Assembly (NCBI GenBank): GCA_044359055.1
Contig: JBIKMV010000001.1
Location: 1 to 51,421 of the forward strand
Source of the DNA: Catalimonadaceae bacterium
Lineage (GTDB): Bacteria; Bacteroidota; Bacteroidia; Cytophagales; Flexibacteraceae
Length of the DNA: 51,421 nt
Direction of reading: 5' to 3'
In this document: positions 1 to 9,889 of the stretch, piece after piece
Position numbering within the stretch: the stretch's first letter is position 1
Layout: each line of letters begins with the position of its first letter
Notes under the pieces: model-generated
The model's input: only the letters and a program-made list of their open reading frames with translations
Database searches by the model: none
What the model was told of the DNA's origin: nothing
Position numbers and translations under genes: made by a program

Positions 1-981
1 TACGGCCTCTCTGCTTTCCTTTTCTTTGAAAGATTTGCGAGGCTTCAGGTTCAGGATTTGAAACAATTGCTCGTCATGGTCCACACCGGGGTTTGGCGTG
101 GTAAGCAGCCTTTCACCGCTGAAAATAGAATTTGCACCTGCCATAAAACACAAAGCCTGCTCTTCGTCACTCATCATTACCCGGCCAGCCGAAAGCCTGA
201 CCATCGTTTTGGGCATCATAATTCTGGCTGTGGCAATCATCCGCACCATATCCCAAACGGGAACTTTGGGTTGCTTTTCAAGGGGTGTTCCTTCTACGGG
301 CACAAGTGCATTTACCGGCACCGACTCAGGATGGCCGGGCATGTTGGCCAGGGTTAAGAGCATTTTCACCCGGTCGAGGTTGGTTTCGCCCATCCCAATT
401 ATGCCGCCTGAGCACACCGAAATCCCTGATTTTCTGACATTTTCCAAAGTATGAATCCGGTCGTCGAAGTCCCGGGTGGTGATGATTTCATTATAAAAAT
501 CATCGGAGGTATCCAGATTGTGGTTGTAGGCATAGAGTCCTGCATCTTTCAGCTTTTCGGCTTGAGATGCTGTGATCATACCCAGGGTGCAGCACACTTC
601 CATATCCATGGCATTCACACCTTTTACCATATCGATTACCTTGTCAAAATCGCGGTTGTCACGCACTTCACGCCAGGCAGCCCCCATACAAAACCGGGTT
701 GAGCCTTTGGCCTTGGCTTGTGAAGCGGCTTCCAGCACTTCCTCTACCTCCATGAGCTTGTGCACTTTTACATCAGTATGGTAGCGGGCCGCCTGAGGGC
801 AATAAGCGCAATCTTCAGGGCAACCACCCGTTTTTACAGAAAGCAAAGTGCAAACCTGAACCTCCTGAGGATCATGGTTTTGACGATGAACTGTTGCGGC
901 CCTGTAAACCAAATCCAAAAAGGGAGAATTGTAAATGGATTCGGCTTCGGCTAGGGTCCAGTTGTGGCGGATGGCAGTCAT
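1..981 (-). CDS. bioB: biotin synthase BioB (3' end lies outside window)
   Basis: The minus-strand frame is open from the ATG at 979-981 to the window edge (327 codons, no stop), so it is absent from the ORF track. My translation [67 protein letters not shown]...[10 protein letters not shown]...MVRLSAGR carries the radical-SAM CxxxCxxC motif and matches BioB along its length. The plus-strand ORFs at 58-954 are shadows of this gene. Confidence 0.93.
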   Translation of the reverse strand, partial: MTAIRHNWTLAEAESIYNSPFLDLVYRAATVHRQNHDPQEVQVCTLLSVKTGGCPEDCAYCPQAARYHTDVKVHKLMEVEEVLEAASQAKAKGSTRFCMGAAWREVRDNRDFDKVIDMVKGVNAMDMEVCCTLGMITASQAEKLKDAGLYAYNHNLDTSDDFYNEIITTRDFDDRIHTLENVRKSGISVCSGGIIGMGETNLDRVKMLLTLANMPGHPESVPVNALVPVEGTPLEKQPKVPVWDMVRMIATARIMMPKTMVRLSAGRVMMSDEEQALCFMAGANSIFSGERLLTTPNPGVDHDEQLFQILNLKPRKSFKEKESREAV

Positions 982-1157
982 TTGGTCTGATAATTTTCCT
1001 GCAAAAAAAGGAAAAAAGCCTTGAAATCTTAATTTTCCTGAATCAAACACTGAGAAACAGGTTGGTGAAAGGCTCCATTTTTCAGGATTTCAGATTGGCT
1101 CTTTTCCGCGTTTTGCCTTTCAAACCCCCTTCATATAGATTTCGGTAAACCGGATTT

Positions 1158-1817
1158 TCAGGAAATCAGAAATGCATCTATCTCCCGGAAATGATCAAAA
1201 ATATGGTCTGCCAGTGGAATTAAATCGGCTCCCGGATAGGTTGAAGTAATGGCAATGGTTTGGCATCCTGCCTGCCTGGCAGCTTCGAGACCGGTAGGAG
1301 AATCTTCAATCACAAAACATTGCTCCGGTTCAAGACCCAGTAAGGCTGTTGTGCGCAGGTAGATATCAGGAGCAGGCTTCGGACGGGCCACAAGTCCGGC
1401 ATACATCACCACTTCGAAGAATTCTCTGATTTTTCCTCTATCCAAAGCAAAATCCACATTCACCAAAGGCGCATTGCTGGCAACCGCAGCAGGGATTGCC
1501 CCTTTTTTCAGGTTTTCCAGAAAATCATACAGGCCCTCTGCCAGTTGAAAATGGGGTGCATACATATCCCGGTACAAGGCTTCTTTTTCTAAAGACCAGG
1601 CCTGAAGCTGCTCTGCCGTGGCCGAAGGAAACTCCTTTTCAAGAATCTGCTCATTGGTTTTTCCGAAAATTCTTTCAGGAAACTCTTCGGCTGTCAGCGA
1701 AATGCCCATTTGCCGGGCAAAAAGGAGCCAGGACTTCAGGTGCCATTCGTTGTTGTGGATAATTACACCATCCAGATCAAAAATTACGGCCCTTTGGCCA
1801 GGCAGTCTGGTCGTCAT
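1158..1817 (-). CDS. HAD-superfamily hydrolase (beta-phosphoglucomutase-like)
   Basis: 219-aa ORF with HAD motif I (VIFDLDGVII), a later SNAP motif and EDSPTG. Its start overlaps the holB stop by 4 nt. Confidence 0.8.
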   Translation of the reverse strand: MTTRLPGQRAVIFDLDGVIIHNNEWHLKSWLLFARQMGISLTAEEFPERIFGKTNEQILEKEFPSATAEQLQAWSLEKEALYRDMYAPHFQLAEGLYDFLENLKKGAIPAAVASNAPLVNVDFALDRGKIREFFEVVMYAGLVARPKPAPDIYLRTTALLGLEPEQCFVIEDSPTGLEAARQAGCQTIAITSTYPGADLIPLADHIFDHFREIDAFLIS

Positions 1818-2950
1818 CCTGCCGCTTTGATTTTTGAAAATCCACCGGCCAGTTTCAGGCTGACATCCATAAATACCATCTTGGCAGAAGCATTGCGCTC
1901 GATATTTCCGCAGGCAGCTTCGATTTCCGAAAGCAGTATCCCGATGAATTCCAGGGTAAATATCTTCCCAAATTTTTCAAGGTCAGCAAATTCAGCTTCC
2001 GGCAGATGAACGGTATCGGCGGCGCCCCTGGCAATGGCCATGGCATTCCGCACCTTGGTGAGGCTGTAGCGCAAAAAGGATTTTTGCATCTCCCTTCCCA
2101 GTGCATGAAAAGTATCCATGTACTGCATGATTTTATTGAGATTATTGTTGTAACAAGCTCTTTGCCAGTTCATAAAAAGATGATGAAAATCGTCTTCCTT
2201 CTCATTCAGAAGAAAAAGAGCTTCTGAAATATTGCCTTCGGCCAAGGCAGCAGCCACATCGGCTTTGCTGGGTTCTGCACCAAACCTGGTTTGAAGAAAA
2301 GCGTTCAGGGTATCACGGTCGGGCTTGGGAACTGTGATCCGCTGTGTACGGGAGATGATGGTTGGCAAAAGCTGCTCCGGCTCCTGACTAACCAGAAGAA
2401 AAACGGTGTACGGTGTAGGTTCTTCCAAAATTTTCAAAAATGAATTGGAGCCTTCTTTTCGCATGGTTTCGGGCAGCCAGATGATTTGAACCTTGTATCT
2501 GGCCTCATAGCTTTTCATCTGAAGGTCACGCATGGTTTCCCTCACAGATTTTATGCTGATAATGGGGCTCCTGTTTTCAAAATCGGCTTTTTGCGACCAA
2601 TCCTGGAGCGTACCAAATGGCATTTCCTCCATAAATGAGCGAAAAAGCGGCAAATAGGCATTGAGCTCGTCCGATTCGCCGACTTGCTTGGATTTGGCAA
2701 AAGGAAAACAATAATGAAAATCAGGATGAACAAATTTCGCAGCCTTTATACAACCGGGACACTGCCCGCAACTGTCCGTTTCTGAGGGATTTTCACAGTT
2801 CAGATACTGGCCGTATGCCAATGCGAGCATCAGAGCCGGCCCGCCTTCTGTACCTGAAAAAAGCTGGGCATGGGCTACATGACCCGAGGCAATGGCCTGA
2901 ATCAATCTTTGCTTTAATGCTTCCGAAACCGGAACTTCAGAAAATTTCAT
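1814..2950 (-). CDS. holB: DNA polymerase III subunit delta'
   Basis: 378-aa ORF with a clamp-loader AAA+ N-terminus (GHVAHAQLFSGTEGGPALMLA), the Zn module CGQCPGC and the sensor motif ISRTQ. Confidence 0.85.
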   Translation of the reverse strand: MKFSEVPVSEALKQRLIQAIASGHVAHAQLFSGTEGGPALMLALAYGQYLNCENPSETDSCGQCPGCIKAAKFVHPDFHYCFPFAKSKQVGESDELNAYLPLFRSFMEEMPFGTLQDWSQKADFENRSPIISIKSVRETMRDLQMKSYEARYKVQIIWLPETMRKEGSNSFLKILEEPTPYTVFLLVSQEPEQLLPTIISRTQRITVPKPDRDTLNAFLQTRFGAEPSKADVAAALAEGNISEALFLLNEKEDDFHHLFMNWQRACYNNNLNKIMQYMDTFHALGREMQKSFLRYSLTKVRNAMAIARGAADTVHLPEAEFADLEKFGKIFTLEFIGILLSEIEAACGNIERNASAKMVFMDVSLKLAGGFSKIKAAG

Positions 2951-2996
2951 GCCTATTCTGTCTTCAGGGGTTTAGGGTCTAAATTTTTCAGACTTC

Positions 2997-3024
2997 AAAA
3001 AAAAGGGAAACAATCGAATTTCCC
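2997..3024 (-). terminator. rho-independent terminator after the T9SS type-B cargo gene
   Basis: On the minus strand GGGAAA (3005-3010) pairs with TTTCCC (3019-3024) around an 8-nt loop. A T8 run follows (plus-strand A run 2997-3004). The hairpin begins 2 nt after the stop codon. Confidence 0.7.
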
Positions 3025-3026
3025 GC

Positions 3027-4925
3027 CTATCTGACCAAAGTAAAAAATCCCCTTACTTCCAGATTGTTCCCCTCTTCGTCTTTTGCCATGGCCCAATAGG
3101 CATAAGGCCCCGCCGGCGCAGGTTTTGAATCAATTTTTCCATCCCAGCCTTCCTTCTGATTATCAGAAAAATATATGAGATTTCCCCAAGAGTTGAAAAT
3201 TTTCATCTGAAAATCAGAAAGATACAGACTATAGCAGCGGAAGACATCGTTTACCTGATCTTCATTCGGGGTAAATACATCAGGAAAGCGGAGTTTGCTG
3301 CTCTGTACCAGCCAAAGCAAATTGGATTCGCTGACCAGGGGATAGGTGCTTTTATCTGCAGGATGGCTTCGGATCAGATAGCCGACCTTTTGCCGGATTT
3401 TATCCCTGCCTGAAATGGTATGGTTTTGCGAAAGCCCCATATCTGTAATTTCGGGAGGGTCAGAGGTAGTAATCCTCAGCAATTCATATTTTTCTACTCC
3501 CCCTTTCCAACCCAGAAAAGGGGTCCAGAAAAAGCGTTTTTCAGATTCATCCGGCAATTCCACCCGAAGCCTGACCGGACAAACGGAATCGCTGAACAGA
3601 GAGCGGTTTCCGCAAATATCCTGAAAGGCAATACGGTAGCAGTAGGTCTTACCGTTTACATCTGCCAAATTGTCCACAATGGGCAAGGCATTGGTTTCGA
3701 ATATTTTAAGATAATTCCCGTCTTCCGGTTCCTTTCTGAAAACCTCAAAAGTCCTGGCCAAATCAGAGGCCTGGCCAGTTATTTTTACTTGCTGGTTTTC
3801 GATGGTAGCCGAAAGATTCTGGATAGGATCGGGTGGCAGATTGGAGATGGCCTGTCCACAAATGGGACTGGATTTGTAAATCAATTCTCCGGGATATCCG
3901 GCAATATTTTTCTTTACAAAAATCTGATAGCAATAGGTGGAACCACAAACAAGATTGCCCGAATCTATCACCATGGTATCGGTAAAGGGTAGCAGATTTC
4001 TGAAAAACTGACCATTGCGGAGGAGGGCCATCTGATTGATATCTGCAGGATCTATGGCAGGCCAGCGGATGGTAATTTTCTGATTTTCGGTTTTCAGGCG
4101 TGGCCAGATACAAAGCCAGTCTGGTGCAGGAATTAGGTTGCCGCAGCCATTTTTCACAGCTGCCCTTACCAGATTTTTTTGCTGTATTCCGGGGATGGTT
4201 AGGTTTTGCGACAAGGCAGTACTAACCGGACTTGTACCTGAAAAAATATCCTGCCATCCGGGTTGTTGATTCCATTGAAAAACATACGGCTCATCGGCAC
4301 GGACACGGATACGGGCGCGGTATTGAAGGGTATCAGCGAGGCCAATTAGGCTGTCGGAGGCCGGGGGCAGGTTGATTTTGTACAAATCAATGGTATCGCT
4401 GAGGATATCTCTGTTGCATGTTGCAGGAATTTCACCCTGAATTTTAATAACAAAGGATGCCGAATTGCCCGGGAAAGAATAGGTGTATTCGAATCTTCCG
4501 GTTCCTTTTGGTACAAGGATAGTTCCGGGGGTGCCGTCTCCCGGGTTAAAGCGGTACATGGTAAAAACTGAATCCAGGAAATCAACAATCAACCTGGGGC
4601 CGCAGGTCGAAATCCTGAAAGCCGGTTGAATATTTTTGTCATACACCCTTACCGGGCGGCCAAGCGTATCGTTGGCACCAAGAATTTGCAGGATCCGGTA
4701 TCTGCCCACTTCTGTGTAAATATGACCGGTATCGGTAATGGCAGATGGCAAATTGATGGAAGGAAAACTCGGGGGAATGGTCCACCGGAAGTTGAATGCC
4801 ACCGGCGGAGGGGCACAGGAGCGCACCCTCACCCTGAAAGGAGCACAGCCAACCGAGTCGGTAAGAAAATAAAAACAGGGCTGCGAAAGACCCGGGAGAA
4901 AATCCGAGAAAAAAATCAGGACCAT
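3027..4925 (-). CDS. secreted/surface protein with T9SS type-B (gliding motility-associated) C-terminal sorting domain
   Basis: The C-terminus PDVFTPNEDQVNDVFR...IFNSWGNLIY...GWDGK...GPYAYW...GFFTLVR matches the T9SS type-B CTD pattern. The start is moved to the internal ATG at 4923-4925 (MVLIFFSDFL...), because the track's longer ORF (to 5153) would overlap hutH by more than 200 nt. Confidence 0.8.
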   Translation of the reverse strand: MVLIFFSDFLPGLSQPCFYFLTDSVGCAPFRVRVRSCAPPPVAFNFRWTIPPSFPSINLPSAITDTGHIYTEVGRYRILQILGANDTLGRPVRVYDKNIQPAFRISTCGPRLIVDFLDSVFTMYRFNPGDGTPGTILVPKGTGRFEYTYSFPGNSASFVIKIQGEIPATCNRDILSDTIDLYKINLPPASDSLIGLADTLQYRARIRVRADEPYVFQWNQQPGWQDIFSGTSPVSTALSQNLTIPGIQQKNLVRAAVKNGCGNLIPAPDWLCIWPRLKTENQKITIRWPAIDPADINQMALLRNGQFFRNLLPFTDTMVIDSGNLVCGSTYCYQIFVKKNIAGYPGELIYKSSPICGQAISNLPPDPIQNLSATIENQQVKITGQASDLARTFEVFRKEPEDGNYLKIFETNALPIVDNLADVNGKTYCYRIAFQDICGNRSLFSDSVCPVRLRVELPDESEKRFFWTPFLGWKGGVEKYELLRITTSDPPEITDMGLSQNHTISGRDKIRQKVGYLIRSHPADKSTYPLVSESNLLWLVQSSKLRFPDVFTPNEDQVNDVFRCYSLYLSDFQMKIFNSWGNLIYFSDNQKEGWDGKIDSKPAPAGPYAYWAMAKDEEGNNLEVRGFFTLVR

Positions 4926-4935
4926 CAAACCGGCC

Positions 4936-6432
4936 CTAAGCCAGTTCTGAAAAAGTATTGTGCCGAAGGAATTCAATAGACTTGTCAATGTCGTCCTTAA
5001 AACCGGTATCAGACTTTCGGAAGGATACCTTCCTGCGAAAAGATTGAAAGAGTTTTTCAAGGTGGGAACCAGTTTGTAAAGGTCGGCGAAATTCCAACGC
5101 CTGACAGGCTGCAAGTAACAAAATTGCACAAACCCCTTCACAATTCTCCACAATCTGAAGGCATTTCAGTGCTGCATTGGCCCCCATACTGACATGGTCT
5201 TCCTGTCCGTTGCTGCTAACAATACTATCCACAGAAGCAGGGGTAGCCAATTGTTTGTTCTGGCTAACGAGCGCAGCCGCTGAATATTGGGGAATCATAA
5301 AACCGCTGTTCAGTCCGGCATTTTCGATGAGGTACACAGGAAGATCTCTTTCCCCGCCAAGCAATTTGAAAAGCAGCCTTTCGGAAATATTGGCCACCTC
5401 TGCCATGGCAATTCCCAGAAAATCAAGGGTAAGCGCCAGAGGCTGACCATGAAAATTTCCACCTGAAACCACAAGATCCTCCTCCATAAAAACAAGAGGA
5501 TTGTCAGTTACTGAATTCATCTCGGTTTCCAGAACCCGGCCTGCATATTCCATGGCATCGTAGCTTGCGCCCAATACCTGAGGCAGGCAACGCACCGAGT
5601 AGGGATCCTGAACACGATCTTTTTGCTTGTTGGCCATTTCGCTGTTGCGAATCAGCCGGTCCATAACCGAGGCCACTTTCATTTGACCGGCATGAGGCCT
5701 GCAGGCATGGATGGCAGGATGCAGGAAATCGAAACGGGCATCAAAAGCCTCGGCGGCAAGGGTGCAAATGAAGAGATTGTTGTCGAACAGATGCCGGCCT
5801 CTCCAATAAGCATCCAATCCCAGAGCCAGCATGAACTGGGTGCCGTTGAGCATGGCAAGTCCTTCTTTGGCTTTCAATTTCAGGGGTTTCAATCCGGATT
5901 TTTGTAAAAATTCCTGCCCGGATATCCGCCGGCCTTCCCACCAGACTTCGCCCTCGCCCAGCAGGGGAAGTGTCATATGCGCAAGCGGTACCAGGTCACC
6001 GGAAGCACCCAGAGAACCTTTTTCGAATACCACAGCAGCGGCTCCGGTATTGTAAAATGCCAGCAAGTGACCCACTAGATTTTCTGTCACAGCCGATATT
6101 CCTGAGGTCAGGCTTTTGATTTTCAGAAACATCATCAGGCGGCTGAGCCCGGCCGAAATCGGCTGACCCATGCCGCAGGCATGCGATCTTACCAGATTCA
6201 GCTGCAGGGCATCCAAATCGTGGTCATCTATTTTTTCCTTACACAAATCCCCGAAGCCCGTATTGATACCATATATGGGGCGGGTGGAATTTTTTATTTT
6301 TTCTTCCAGAAAAAGCCTTGCACTGCGGATGCGTTTCCGTGTCTCTTCTTTCAGGACTAGGGGATGCGGAGATTGAAACGATTGTCTGCAGGCTTCCAGA
6401 CTTTGAGGGTGATGGTCAATTTCGGTAGTCAT
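4936..6432 (-). CDS. hutH: histidine ammonia-lyase
   Basis: 498 aa with the MIO-forming GASGDLVPLAH motif. The substrate-selectivity position reads S-H (LVRSHACGMG), as in histidine ammonia-lyases, rather than H-L (TAL) or F-L (PAL). Confidence 0.88.
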   Translation of the reverse strand: MTTEIDHHPQSLEACRQSFQSPHPLVLKEETRKRIRSARLFLEEKIKNSTRPIYGINTGFGDLCKEKIDDHDLDALQLNLVRSHACGMGQPISAGLSRLMMFLKIKSLTSGISAVTENLVGHLLAFYNTGAAAVVFEKGSLGASGDLVPLAHMTLPLLGEGEVWWEGRRISGQEFLQKSGLKPLKLKAKEGLAMLNGTQFMLALGLDAYWRGRHLFDNNLFICTLAAEAFDARFDFLHPAIHACRPHAGQMKVASVMDRLIRNSEMANKQKDRVQDPYSVRCLPQVLGASYDAMEYAGRVLETEMNSVTDNPLVFMEEDLVVSGGNFHGQPLALTLDFLGIAMAEVANISERLLFKLLGGERDLPVYLIENAGLNSGFMIPQYSAAALVSQNKQLATPASVDSIVSSNGQEDHVSMGANAALKCLQIVENCEGVCAILLLAACQALEFRRPLQTGSHLEKLFQSFRRKVSFRKSDTGFKDDIDKSIEFLRHNTFSELA

Positions 6433-6534
6433 CTGATGTATAAGAGGTGTGCAAATAAATAAAGGATTTGAGGCAGGAAAAAGAATTCAGATTTCCGGGG
6501 CAGGGATTGACCGGAGAAAAATACTCTGGCCTGA

Positions 6535-7392
6535 TCAGTGAAATACCTCCGGCAGCATTTTTAGGGGCAGGTCCAGTTTTTCAATATTCAATCCATGGGT
6601 AATATGATGTGAATCAGCCCATTCTAGCATCTTTTCGGTACTCAGGTTGCCCACCAGTTTGTCTTCGGCCATTGGACAACCGCCGTAGCCGCCAAGGGCT
6701 ACATCAAATTCACGGCAGCCGGCTTCCCAGGCGGCAGAAATTTTTTCTTTGGCTTTATCCGGGCTTGCATGCAAATGAGCAGTTATAGAAACCCCGCTCC
6801 AGTATTCGCAAACCGCCTGAAAAAGGGCCTTTACTTCCCCTTCTTCAGCCATGCCGACAGTATCGGCCAAAGACAGAAATTTTATCCCCATATCTACCAC
6901 TTTCTGGCCTTTTTCCAGAACCAGTTCGGGTGAATACGCCTCGCCGTAAGGATTTCCGAAAGCCATACTGAGATAGACATTGAGGCTTTTTCCCCGAACC
7001 AGGCAGAGGTTTTGAATCAAAGCAATTTCCTCCAGGGCATCTGCTATGCTTTTGTTGGTGTTTTTCTGCTGAAAAATTTCTGAAACTGACAATGGAAAAC
7101 CCAGAAAATCAATCTCTTCGAATTCAGAGGCCTGCAAAGCACCTCTGTGGTTGGCCACTATGGCAAGGAGCTGCGTCTGCGAACGGTCGAGTTTCAGTTT
7201 GCCGATTACATCAGCAGTATCTCTGAGTTGCGGAATGGCTTTCGGACTGACAAAGCTGCCGAAATCCAGTTTGGAAAAGCCAACCTCAAGGAGGGCATTC
7301 AGATAGCGGATTTTTGTTTCTGTTGGGACAAAATGAGGAAGTCCCTGCATGGCATCCCTGGGACATTCGTTCAGTATGATTTTTCTTTCCAT
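6535..7392 (-). CDS. hydroxymethylglutaryl-CoA lyase
   Basis: 285 aa. The N-terminus ECPRDAMQG and the overall HMGL-like (pyruvate carboxyltransferase TIM barrel) pattern run through to GGCPMA near the C-terminus. Confidence 0.88.
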   Translation of the reverse strand: MERKIILNECPRDAMQGLPHFVPTETKIRYLNALLEVGFSKLDFGSFVSPKAIPQLRDTADVIGKLKLDRSQTQLLAIVANHRGALQASEFEEIDFLGFPLSVSEIFQQKNTNKSIADALEEIALIQNLCLVRGKSLNVYLSMAFGNPYGEAYSPELVLEKGQKVVDMGIKFLSLADTVGMAEEGEVKALFQAVCEYWSGVSITAHLHASPDKAKEKISAAWEAGCREFDVALGGYGGCPMAEDKLVGNLSTEKMLEWADSHHITHGLNIEKLDLPLKMLPEVFH

Positions 7393-7396
7393 TTCT

Positions 7397-7978
7397 CTAT
7401 TGCTCAGATGTTTGGCTGTGATATTCGGCCAGTGTGCAGAGTTCTTCGTACCAGGCCTCTCCGAATCGCCTGATAAGGGCTTCTTTCAGAAACTGATAGA
7501 CCTTAACCCCTTGTTTTTTCCCAAAAACACAGGCCGGGCTGCAAATGTTCCAGCGGTGATAATTTACAGCGGTAAAATCCTGATATTCCTTAATCCGGAT
7601 GGGGTACAAATGGCAGGAAACCGGCTTGCGGATGGAACTTTGCCCTGCTTCCCATGCCCTCTCAATTCCACAGCTCAAAATGCCTTTTTCTCCTTTTATG
7701 GCATAGGCACATTCGCGTCCTCCCAGAGTTGGGGTGCATTTTTCTCCGTCGGCATCGCGTACCCAGGACCCCTGTTTTTGGATTTCGGCCCAACCTTCCG
7801 GATGCAGAAAAGGGCGGATTTTTTCTACTTCCCGCTCCAGAATGTGGGTTTCTTCTTCGGTGAGGGGGGCACCGGCATCGCCTTCCACACAGCAGGCAGC
7901 CTTGCAGGCTTCTATATCACAGATAAAACATTCTGCTACAACATCATCCGAAATTAGTGTTTTACCGATGGCCAGCAT
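7397..7978 (-). CDS. DUF3109-family Cys-rich protein
   Basis: The pattern MLAIGKTLISDDVV..FICDIEACKAACCVEGDAGAPLTEEE...SCHLYPIRI...AVNYHRWNICSPAC is typical of DUF3109. The start is set at the ATG at 7976-7978, since the longer track ORF adds a non-conserved extension. The gene ends 4 nt from the HMG-CoA lyase start. Confidence 0.75.
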   Translation of the reverse strand: MLAIGKTLISDDVVAECFICDIEACKAACCVEGDAGAPLTEEETHILEREVEKIRPFLHPEGWAEIQKQGSWVRDADGEKCTPTLGGRECAYAIKGEKGILSCGIERAWEAGQSSIRKPVSCHLYPIRIKEYQDFTAVNYHRWNICSPACVFGKKQGVKVYQFLKEALIRRFGEAWYEELCTLAEYHSQTSEQ

Positions 7979-8135
7979 TTTGATGAAACTAAAGGCAAAA
8001 ATGGAAGATTTCCCCGTTAAAGGGTCGGCAAATTTCATGCCCTTCTGCATTCTTTTTCTGAAATCCCGGCCGGAAGACAAAAAAGAAGGACTGCCGGGAA
8101 CTTTTTCTCCCCTGCAGACCTAATATTGCATTTCC

Positions 8136-8666
8136 ATGGAATATGCCTACATCAAAGCCCTGCACATCATCTTTGTGATTACCTGGTTCAGCGGTCTGTT
8201 TTATCTGGGGCGGCTGCTGATTTACAATGGTGAAGCCGCCGACAAGCCGGAACCCGAACGGGGGATTCTTCTGCCTCAACTCCTTCTGATGAGCAGGAGG
8301 CTTCTTTTTGCCATTACCTGGCCCTCGGCTGTTCTGACCTGGGTTTTTGGGCTTTGGCTTCTGTCCTTATACCCCGGCTGGCCCGTTTGGCTTTTGATAA
8401 AAATGGGCTTGGTCTTCTTGCTTAGTGTTTATCACATCAGTCTTCACTTCCTGTATAAAAAAATGCAGGCAGGCTTTTTTACCTATTCCAGCTTCCAGTT
8501 ACGGATTTGGAACGAAGTACCCACCATTTTCTTAATTGCCATAGTGATGCTGGTGGTTGTAAAACAAAACATCAGTCTGCTTTACGGCCTTGGTGGACTT
8601 TTGGCCTTTATCCTGGTATTGCTGGGAGCCATCAGAATCTATAAAGGAATCAGGGAAAAATCCTGA
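8136..8666 (+). CDS. hemJ: protoporphyrinogen oxidase HemJ (CopD/UPF0093 family membrane protein)
   Basis: 176 aa. The N-terminus MEYAYIKALHIIFVITWFSGLFYLGRLLIY and the four-TM layout are typical of HemJ. Confidence 0.8.
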   Translation: MEYAYIKALHIIFVITWFSGLFYLGRLLIYNGEAADKPEPERGILLPQLLLMSRRLLFAITWPSAVLTWVFGLWLLSLYPGWPVWLLIKMGLVFLLSVYHISLHFLYKKMQAGFFTYSSFQLRIWNEVPTIFLIAIVMLVVVKQNISLLYGLGGLLAFILVLLGAIRIYKGIREKS

Positions 8667-8669
8667 TTT

Positions 8670-9827
8670 TCAGTCTTCTACAAGAATCAGCAAACCCTTT
8701 AGATATTCAGATTCGGGTTGGAAAAGGTTGATGGGATGATCTGCTGACTGCGTCAAAAACCGGATTATCCGTGCTTTTCGGCCGGCATCGGCAGCGGCCG
8801 CAAAAACAATCTTGCGGAATAAATCAGAGCTGATATGCTGGGAACAGGAAAAGGTAGCAAGCAGACCCCCTGACTGAATTTTTTTAAAAGCATGAAGATT
8901 GATTTCCTTATAGCCACGGGCGGCATTGTCTACAGCATTTTTGTTTTTGGCAAATGCAGGGGGATCAAGGATAATCAAATCAAAATTACCCGGCATGGTC
9001 CTCAGATAATCAAAGCAATCCACCGCAAGTGCCTGATGAGAGGGGAAATCAGGAAAATTCAGGGCCACATTTATTTCAGAAAGGCGGCAGGCTTCTTTTG
9101 ATATGTCAATTGATACCACCTCCTTTGCCCCTCCGGATATGGCATACACAGAAAACCCTCCGGAGAACGAAAATGCATTCAAAACCTTTTTTTTCCCGGA
9201 CAAAGTTTTAATAATCTGCCGGTTATCTCTTTGGTCTATGAAAAATCCGGTCTTCTGACCCGACTCTGCATCCACTTCAAAAAGCAACCCATTTTCCTTT
9301 GCAGTAATGCGGGGCCCGGGATTTTCGCCAAGCCATTTCCCTGTTTTCTGACCGGCCGGTTTGTGATAGACAAACGGGAATCCAAGGTCATTCAGGATTT
9401 TCTTCCAGGTCTGATGCCATTGGGCTGTGGCATCCATAGTGGTCTGTAAAACAGCGATATTTCCTCCGTAAATATCCACAATGAGGCCAGGCATTTCATC
9501 GCCTTCGGCATGAATAAGGCGGAAGGTATCCGTCTGATTGAAATCAAGAAAAGTCTTCCGGTATTGAAAAGCTCTTTCGAATCTGTCTTTCCAGTAACCG
9601 GGACCGAAAGATGGAATATCAATGGTTCCGAAATGAAAAATCCGGCAGGTAAGCGGGCTTCCGGGGTCAGTAAAGCCATAGCCAAGGATATTGCCATGTT
9701 CATCCTGAACCTCGGTGATTCCTACGGTCTGAGGGTGGGTATTCCGTTCCACAGAACCCTGAAAAATCCAGGCATGACGCTGCAAAACGGGCTTGCTTCG
9801 GCCGGGTTTCAGAATGAGCTGGGGCAT
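8670..9827 (-). CDS. rlmI: class I SAM-dependent 23S rRNA (cytosine-C5) methyltransferase, RlmI-like
   Basis: 385 aa with a PUA-like N-terminal domain and a Rossmann methyltransferase core (VLNAFSFSGGFS, ILDPPAF). Confidence 0.8.
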   Translation of the reverse strand: MPQLILKPGRSKPVLQRHAWIFQGSVERNTHPQTVGITEVQDEHGNILGYGFTDPGSPLTCRIFHFGTIDIPSFGPGYWKDRFERAFQYRKTFLDFNQTDTFRLIHAEGDEMPGLIVDIYGGNIAVLQTTMDATAQWHQTWKKILNDLGFPFVYHKPAGQKTGKWLGENPGPRITAKENGLLFEVDAESGQKTGFFIDQRDNRQIIKTLSGKKKVLNAFSFSGGFSVYAISGGAKEVVSIDISKEACRLSEINVALNFPDFPSHQALAVDCFDYLRTMPGNFDLIILDPPAFAKNKNAVDNAARGYKEINLHAFKKIQSGGLLATFSCSQHISSDLFRKIVFAAAADAGRKARIIRFLTQSADHPINLFQPESEYLKGLLILVED

Positions 9828-9831
9828 ACGG

Positions 9832-9867
9832 GATAAAAAGAGAAGCCGTCCCGGAAGAGACGGCCTT
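9832..9867 (-). terminator. rho-independent terminator after infB
   Basis: The minus strand reads AGGCCGTC-TCTTCCGG-GACGGCTT followed by CTCTTTTTAT. The core stem pairs 9845-9850 with 9859-9864. The U-tract ends about 6 nt before the rlmI ATG at 9827. Confidence 0.65.
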
Positions 9868-9889
9868 TCTGAATGAATTAAAGGTTATA

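Noticed and set aside
1754-1762. There is a perfect DnaA-box-like 9-mer, TGTGGATAA.
   Set aside because: It is a single copy inside the HAD hydrolase coding sequence, with no cluster of boxes, no AT-rich unwinding element and no dnaA or dnaN nearby. It is most likely chance.
4926-5153. The track gives N-terminal extensions on several ORFs: T9SS cargo to 5153, DUF3109 to 8080, purH to 35303, tadA to 35859, uppS from 39312, SDR to 46834, dnaJ to 50370 and grpE to 51100.
   Set aside because: The extensions overlap upstream genes, run through terminator hairpins or -7 boxes, and are not family-like. Internal ATGs give canonical N-termini.
4936-6432. I considered whether the ammonia-lyase could be a tyrosine ammonia-lyase of a flexirubin or aryl-polyene type cluster.
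   Set aside because: The selectivity position reads S-H (histidine type) rather than H-L, and no polyketide or flexirubin biosynthesis genes are adjacent.
8666-8670. Convergent gene ends lack a terminator at three places: hemJ/rlmI (3-nt gap), ispG/PD40 protein (9-nt gap) and amidase/NTase-like gene (overlapping stops).
   Set aside because: These are real observations, but they are common in compact genomes. Without expression data there is nothing specific to claim beyond possible antisense readthrough.
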